Below are positions 60,643 through 64,000 of a stretch of 64,000 nucleotides of DNA, one piece after another. Position 1 is the stretch's first letter; every line of letters begins with the position of its first letter. The notes under the pieces were generated by a model, which did not search any database, had not been told where the DNA came from, and saw only the letters and a program-made list of their open reading frames with translations. The stretch lies in the IMG/VR virus record IMGVR_UViG_3300036768_001490, positions 1 to 64,000 of that record. One strand, 5' to 3'. This stretch comes from a virus. A program made the translations under genes and the position numbers.

Positions 60643-61128
60643 TTACTTGCCGATCAGGGCCAGCAGCGGCCTGTCCGAAGCCTTGACGAACGAGGTCTTG
60701 CGCCCGACCACCGGGTCGTTCAGCGAGTCGTACTCGCCCTCCTTGGTCAACGGCCCGTTCCCAGGGACGTAACCCCCGTTCAGGCCCAGCGATCCCGGGT
60801 CTACAGCCTCGCCGTTGTCGCCGGCCGACTTCGCCCTGCCCGACTTGAAGGCAACCAGCTTGTCCACAGCGGACTTGAGCAGCTGCATGGTCTCAGCGTG
60901 GCTGTTGAGCATGGCGGCGGCCGCCTCCTTCTGGTGCTTGGCCACCACGCCCACGTCAATCATGTAGTTCAAAAGCGCGCCCCGCAGGTCGCTGGCCCGC
61001 TTCTGCGCGCGGCGGTGGACCTCGATCTCGTCCAGCGCTCGCTTGCCCAGGAAGCTGGAGACCTCGACGTACCGGATCATGTTGTCCAGCAGCGACGAGG
61101 GCACGGTGATGTAGGTGTTGGTGTTCAA
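60643..61128 (-). CDS. Head-associated protein (161 aa) with K-x-A motifs
   Basis: TTG start with GGAGGAG RBS; KRA x2, KEA, KSA x2. Confidence 0.72.
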   Translation of the reverse strand: MNTNTYITVPSSLLDNMIRYVEVSSFLGKRALDEIEVHRRAQKRASDLRGALLNYMIDVGVVAKHQKEAAAAMLNSHAETMQLLKSAVDKLVAFKSGRAKSAGDNGEAVDPGSLGLNGGYVPGNGPLTKEGEYDSLNDPVVGRKTSFVKASDRPLLALIGK

Positions 61129-61211
61129 TTTTCACTCCTCCGTGAGCACGGGTGTCCTGGCCGGACATCCGCGTGGACGGTCCCGTCCGGCGCCGGTCGG
61201 CATGTTCCGCG

Positions 61212-62558
61212 TCATGCGGCGGCGGCCCGGCGCGCCCGCGAGCGCTGCACGATCTCCTTGATGTAGTTGCGCATCTCAGCGACCTTCGTACCTGCCCGCT
61301 TCTGTGCCTGCGCCGACTTGTCGGCCGCCGGCTTCTCGGTAGCAGCCGCCGCGGCGGCCGGCGCCGCGCCGCCGTCGGGCGCGGCCATGTCGTTCGCCAC
61401 CTCTTCGGCAATCGCGGTTTCGAGTTCCTCCGGGGTCACGCCGAGCTGCTCCAGGACATCGACCAGCTGGTCGGCCTCCGCGTCATCCGCGTCGCCGCCT
61501 TCTTCCCCGCTGTCACCGGTGCTCAGCGCATCCAGCAAGGCGTCCTCGGCTGCGGCATCATTCGCGGACGAGGATTCGTCCGTAGACGGCTTGTTGTCAT
61601 CAGCGGCGGCAGCAATAGCAGCTGCGACCTCGGGCGGTATCTCGTTGCCGGCGCCCGCCTGCTGGGCCGGGTCTTCGCCCGTCGCGGTCTTCTCCGCACC
61701 GCCGACCAGGAAGTTGTCCATGAAGCAGATGAAGCGGTCGGCATCGTCCGACGCCGTCTTGATGATCTCGTACATCGTGTTGACGACCAGACTGTCTGCC
61801 GCCTGCTTGTCGAAGTTGCCGCTCAGCAGGCTTGCCATTTCCCAGCCGGCCTGCTGGGCCAGCCAGGGGTCGATCTGGGCCTGCTTCTGCTGCTGGCCGG
61901 CGTACGATGCATACGGTGCGCTCTGGACCTGGCTCAAGTAGGCGATCTGGGCGCAGACGGTGTCGCCGGCCTCTTTCATCAGCCGGGCCAGCTGCTCCAG
62001 CGGCGTGTTAGAGTCCAGGGCATACTTGTGCCCGTCCAGCTCGTCGTTCTCGGTGGAGGCAGGATGGTCCGTGCCGCCGAGGCCGCCCTCTCTTTTGTCC
62101 TCCTTGCCGGCCTTGGCGGACTCCGTTTCGTTCTTAGGGTCTTCGCCCGTGGGCTGGACGTTGGTGCCGATCTGCATTTGGTCGTCTGCAGCCGAGCCGC
62201 CGACGCTGACCGCTTCTCCCTCTGCTGTCTTCTGCCGGCCGCCGGGACGGCGAGCGAAACGCGCGGCCAGGTCGAAGATGTTGAAGGCGCCGTTGGCGCT
62301 GCCTACCTTGGCCTCGGATGCATTCTGCACGCTGGGAGGACCTTGGTCCTCGTTGACGTCCTCCGTGTTCTCGTCGAAACGTTCTCCCGTGGTGACGTCC
62401 TGCAAGCGGTCATCCACCTCACCGCTTGGATGATCGGTCTCGCCGCCCTGGGAACCAGGTTCGCTGAGAGGCTGATCGTCCTCAGCAGTCTTGATCTGGC
62501 CGACTTGCCGAAGGAACTGCTCGATGGTACGGATCGAATTCTGCGCGGAGGTAGGCAT
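61212..62558 (-). CDS. Acidic scaffolding/core-like protein (448 aa)
   Basis: Between protease and capsid genes; D/E/A-rich with a basic C-terminus; 12 of 19 Lys are in K-x-A. Confidence 0.65.
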   Translation of the reverse strand: MPTSAQNSIRTIEQFLRQVGQIKTAEDDQPLSEPGSQGGETDHPSGEVDDRLQDVTTGERFDENTEDVNEDQGPPSVQNASEAKVGSANGAFNIFDLAARFARRPGGRQKTAEGEAVSVGGSAADDQMQIGTNVQPTGEDPKNETESAKAGKEDKREGGLGGTDHPASTENDELDGHKYALDSNTPLEQLARLMKEAGDTVCAQIAYLSQVQSAPYASYAGQQQKQAQIDPWLAQQAGWEMASLLSGNFDKQAADSLVVNTMYEIIKTASDDADRFICFMDNFLVGGAEKTATGEDPAQQAGAGNEIPPEVAAAIAAAADDNKPSTDESSSANDAAAEDALLDALSTGDSGEEGGDADDAEADQLVDVLEQLGVTPEELETAIAEEVANDMAAPDGGAAPAAAAAATEKPAADKSAQAQKRAGTKVAEMRNYIKEIVQRSRARRAAAA

Positions 62559-62639
62559 GTGACTGCACTCCTTTGCAAGTTTCCGGCCGCGTGTGTTCCG
62601 TCACGGCGGCGAGTGGCCTTCGTGGACTGGGCCCGTTGG

Positions 62640-64000
62640 TTAGCGTGCCTGATTTTGGCAGCACGACAACCTTGCGGTCAAGAGGAAGTCATCATCGGAC
62701 CCGGCGATCCGCTGCAGGGCGGCCACCTTGTAGACCGCGTAGTCGCGGGCCAGCTCCTCTGCTGCCTGGTCGTCGTGGTCCGCTGCTGCTGTCCTGGCCG
62801 GCGCGGCCGCAGCACCTTGCCGCAGCGCGGCCCGCTGCGCGCGCTGGAAAACGGCATTTTTCTCCAGGGAGTAAAGACAGCGCACCCGCTCGGCGTAGCG
62901 GCGCTGGCTGGCAGACGCCAGCTTCTCTCCGGGCGCGTAACGGTTCCGCGACAGCCTTCTTTCCAGGCTGCCGTCCGCGATCATGCGACGGTAGACACCA
63001 GGCAGTCGGACGGCGGCGGCAGAGGCCAGCGCTGCGCGCTTGGTCAGGCGGGCAAAATCGCGCAACGGCAGGATGATTTTCTGGTCCGCCAGGGCGCCCA
63101 GGGCAGCGGCCATCTTGACGTTGTCATTGTCGCCCAGGCCAATGGCATCCAGGTCGAAGTCGGGTTGCACGCTGGTGGTGAAGGCGTACCGGGCCGCCGC
63201 ATCTGCCGGGTCGCTGGCTGCGCCGACCTGGTCCTCCAGGTCGGCCAGGCCGTGGGCCAGCTTCACCTGTCCGGCCAGGAAGAGCGCCCGGCGGTCTGCC
63301 CAGGGACCGTCCTGGGCCAGAACCACGTCCAGCGGCGCCAGAACGCCAAGGTCGTCCGCCAGCTGGGCCCCGCCGCGATACCCGGGCAGGAGGTCGGCAG
63401 CTGACTTGGTGAGATAGTCGGCCTTACCGCCGTAGGCGATGCGGTCCGCTGGCCGGAAAACGGCGCTGATGTCGAACCAGTGCGGCTCGTCGTTGTCCAC
63501 GTAGAGGATGCGCGCGTCGTTGCCGTGCTTGACTAGACGGGTGAGGTTCTCGGCGCAACCTCCCCCCTTGCAGGAAGCAGACGTGCAATACTCCTCGCGC
63601 GAGCGCGCCCGGTTGCCGCACTCGCTGCACACGTCGTAGGGCACGCGGCACGCCATGCTGACCGGGATGTCGTCACCCCGGGCGAGCTTCTCCAGCTCCC
63701 GGTCGGCCACCCGGCCGCCGTTCCGCTCGGCCGCGGACTTCTCCCTGTTGAGGGCCACCAGAAGCTCGACGCGGCGCATGTCCGGGTTGTAGGCGGACAG
63801 CCGGACCTGGCCGTAGCTGATGTTTGGATCCTTGTTCTTGTGATTGCGGTAAAAACGGGCGAACTTGACGAAGGTGTCGTGGTACTTCTTGCAGACCGCT
63901 TCCCGGAAGGCGTCGCCGTTCCGGTTGGGGCCGTATGCCTCCGACGCCCCCAGAGCGATCAGGTGGACCGGTTCCTCGTCCGCGGCAATCTTGACTGTGT
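62640..64000 (-). CDS. Prohead maturation serine protease (clan SH-like) with Zn finger; 5' end outside window
   Basis: Hand-extended frame: HLIALGASEAYGPNRNGDAF...FYRNHKNKD (His)...PVSMAC (Ser)-RVPYDVCSECGN...YC; first gene of the head module. Confidence 0.78.
   Translation of the reverse strand, partial: TVKIAADEEPVHLIALGASEAYGPNRNGDAFREAVCKKYHDTFVKFARFYRNHKNKDPNISYGQVRLSAYNPDMRRVELLVALNREKSAAERNGGRVADRELEKLARGDDIPVSMACRVPYDVCSECGNRARSREEYCTSASCKGGGCAENLTRLVKHGNDARILYVDNDEPHWFDISAVFRPADRIAYGGKADYLTKSAADLLPGYRGGAQLADDLGVLAPLDVVLAQDGPWADRRALFLAGQVKLAHGLADLEDQVGAASDPADAAARYAFTTSVQPDFDLDAIGLGDNDNVKMAAALGALADQKIILPLRDFARLTKRAALASAAAVRLPGVYRRMIADGSLERRLSRNRYAPGEKLASASQRRYAERVRCLYSLEKNAVFQRAQRAALRQGAAAAPARTAAADHDDQAAEELARDYAVYKVAALQRIAGSDDDFLLTARLSCCQNQAR

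Larger units (their letters stand above)
1..64000 (-). mobile_element. Late (virion morphogenesis) region of a large contractile-tailed phage, probable Planctomycetota host
   Basis: About 55 tightly packed co-directional genes with AGGAGG-type RBS and ATGA/TGATG couplings; head protease, scaffold, capsid, neck, sheath, tube, tape measure and baseplate genes in canonical myophage order. No integrase, terminase or portal recognised in the window. Confidence 0.93.

Noticed and set aside
184-63651. Many long plus-strand ORFs (e.g. 32749..34974, 25924..28086, 61152..63404, 23254..24966, 51394..53118, 8905..10479)
   Set aside because: They lie antisense to well-supported minus-strand genes, lack motifs and RBS, and show the composition of reverse-complement shadows expected at high GC.
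1-64000. tRNA, rRNA, integrase, terminase, portal, IS elements, stop-codon reassignment
   Set aside because: No cloverleaf/T-loop signatures or relevant protein motifs were seen by eye; genes are full length under the standard code and use all three stop codons.

Overview
The whole window is one co-directional (minus-strand), GC-rich (roughly two-thirds GC by eye) late/virion-morphogenesis region of a large contractile-tailed phage (myovirus-like; free phage or prophage cannot be told, since no integrase, terminase or portal is visible here). In transcription order (right to left) it encodes: prohead protease (cut off by the window edge), acidic scaffold-like protein, small head proteins, HK97-like major capsid protein, a Gly-X-Gln collagen fibre, a 20-aa-repeat fibre, neck proteins, tail terminator, sheath, tube, central spike, tail chaperone with a probable -1 frameshift, a 2125-aa tape measure, tube initiator, hub, a sigma-70-family factor, gp25-like and gpJ-like wedge proteins, an inserted four-gene cassette, a gpI-like wedge, five paralogous fibre-like proteins, a Cys-repeat/collagen fibre, two multidomain glycosyltransferase genes, small ORFs, a truncated dam and a host-like Zn-ribbon/HEAT gene. 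Several accessory genes resemble planctomycete proteins, suggesting a Planctomycetota host (inference). The best candidates for new biology are: (1) a terminator-bounded cassette between baseplate J and I encoding a matrixin with a cysteine switch plus three signal-peptide proteins each carrying one CxxCH heme-c motif; (2) a K-x-A motif strongly enriched only in head proteins, a candidate prohead-protease cleavage site; (3) a five-paralogue fibre array coupled to a glycosylation module; (4) non-coding signals, namely an 80-nt strand-specific RNA hairpin and a 15-nt AT-rich motif repeated 42 kb apart. All functional calls come from motif and synteny recognition by eye; no database searches were run.
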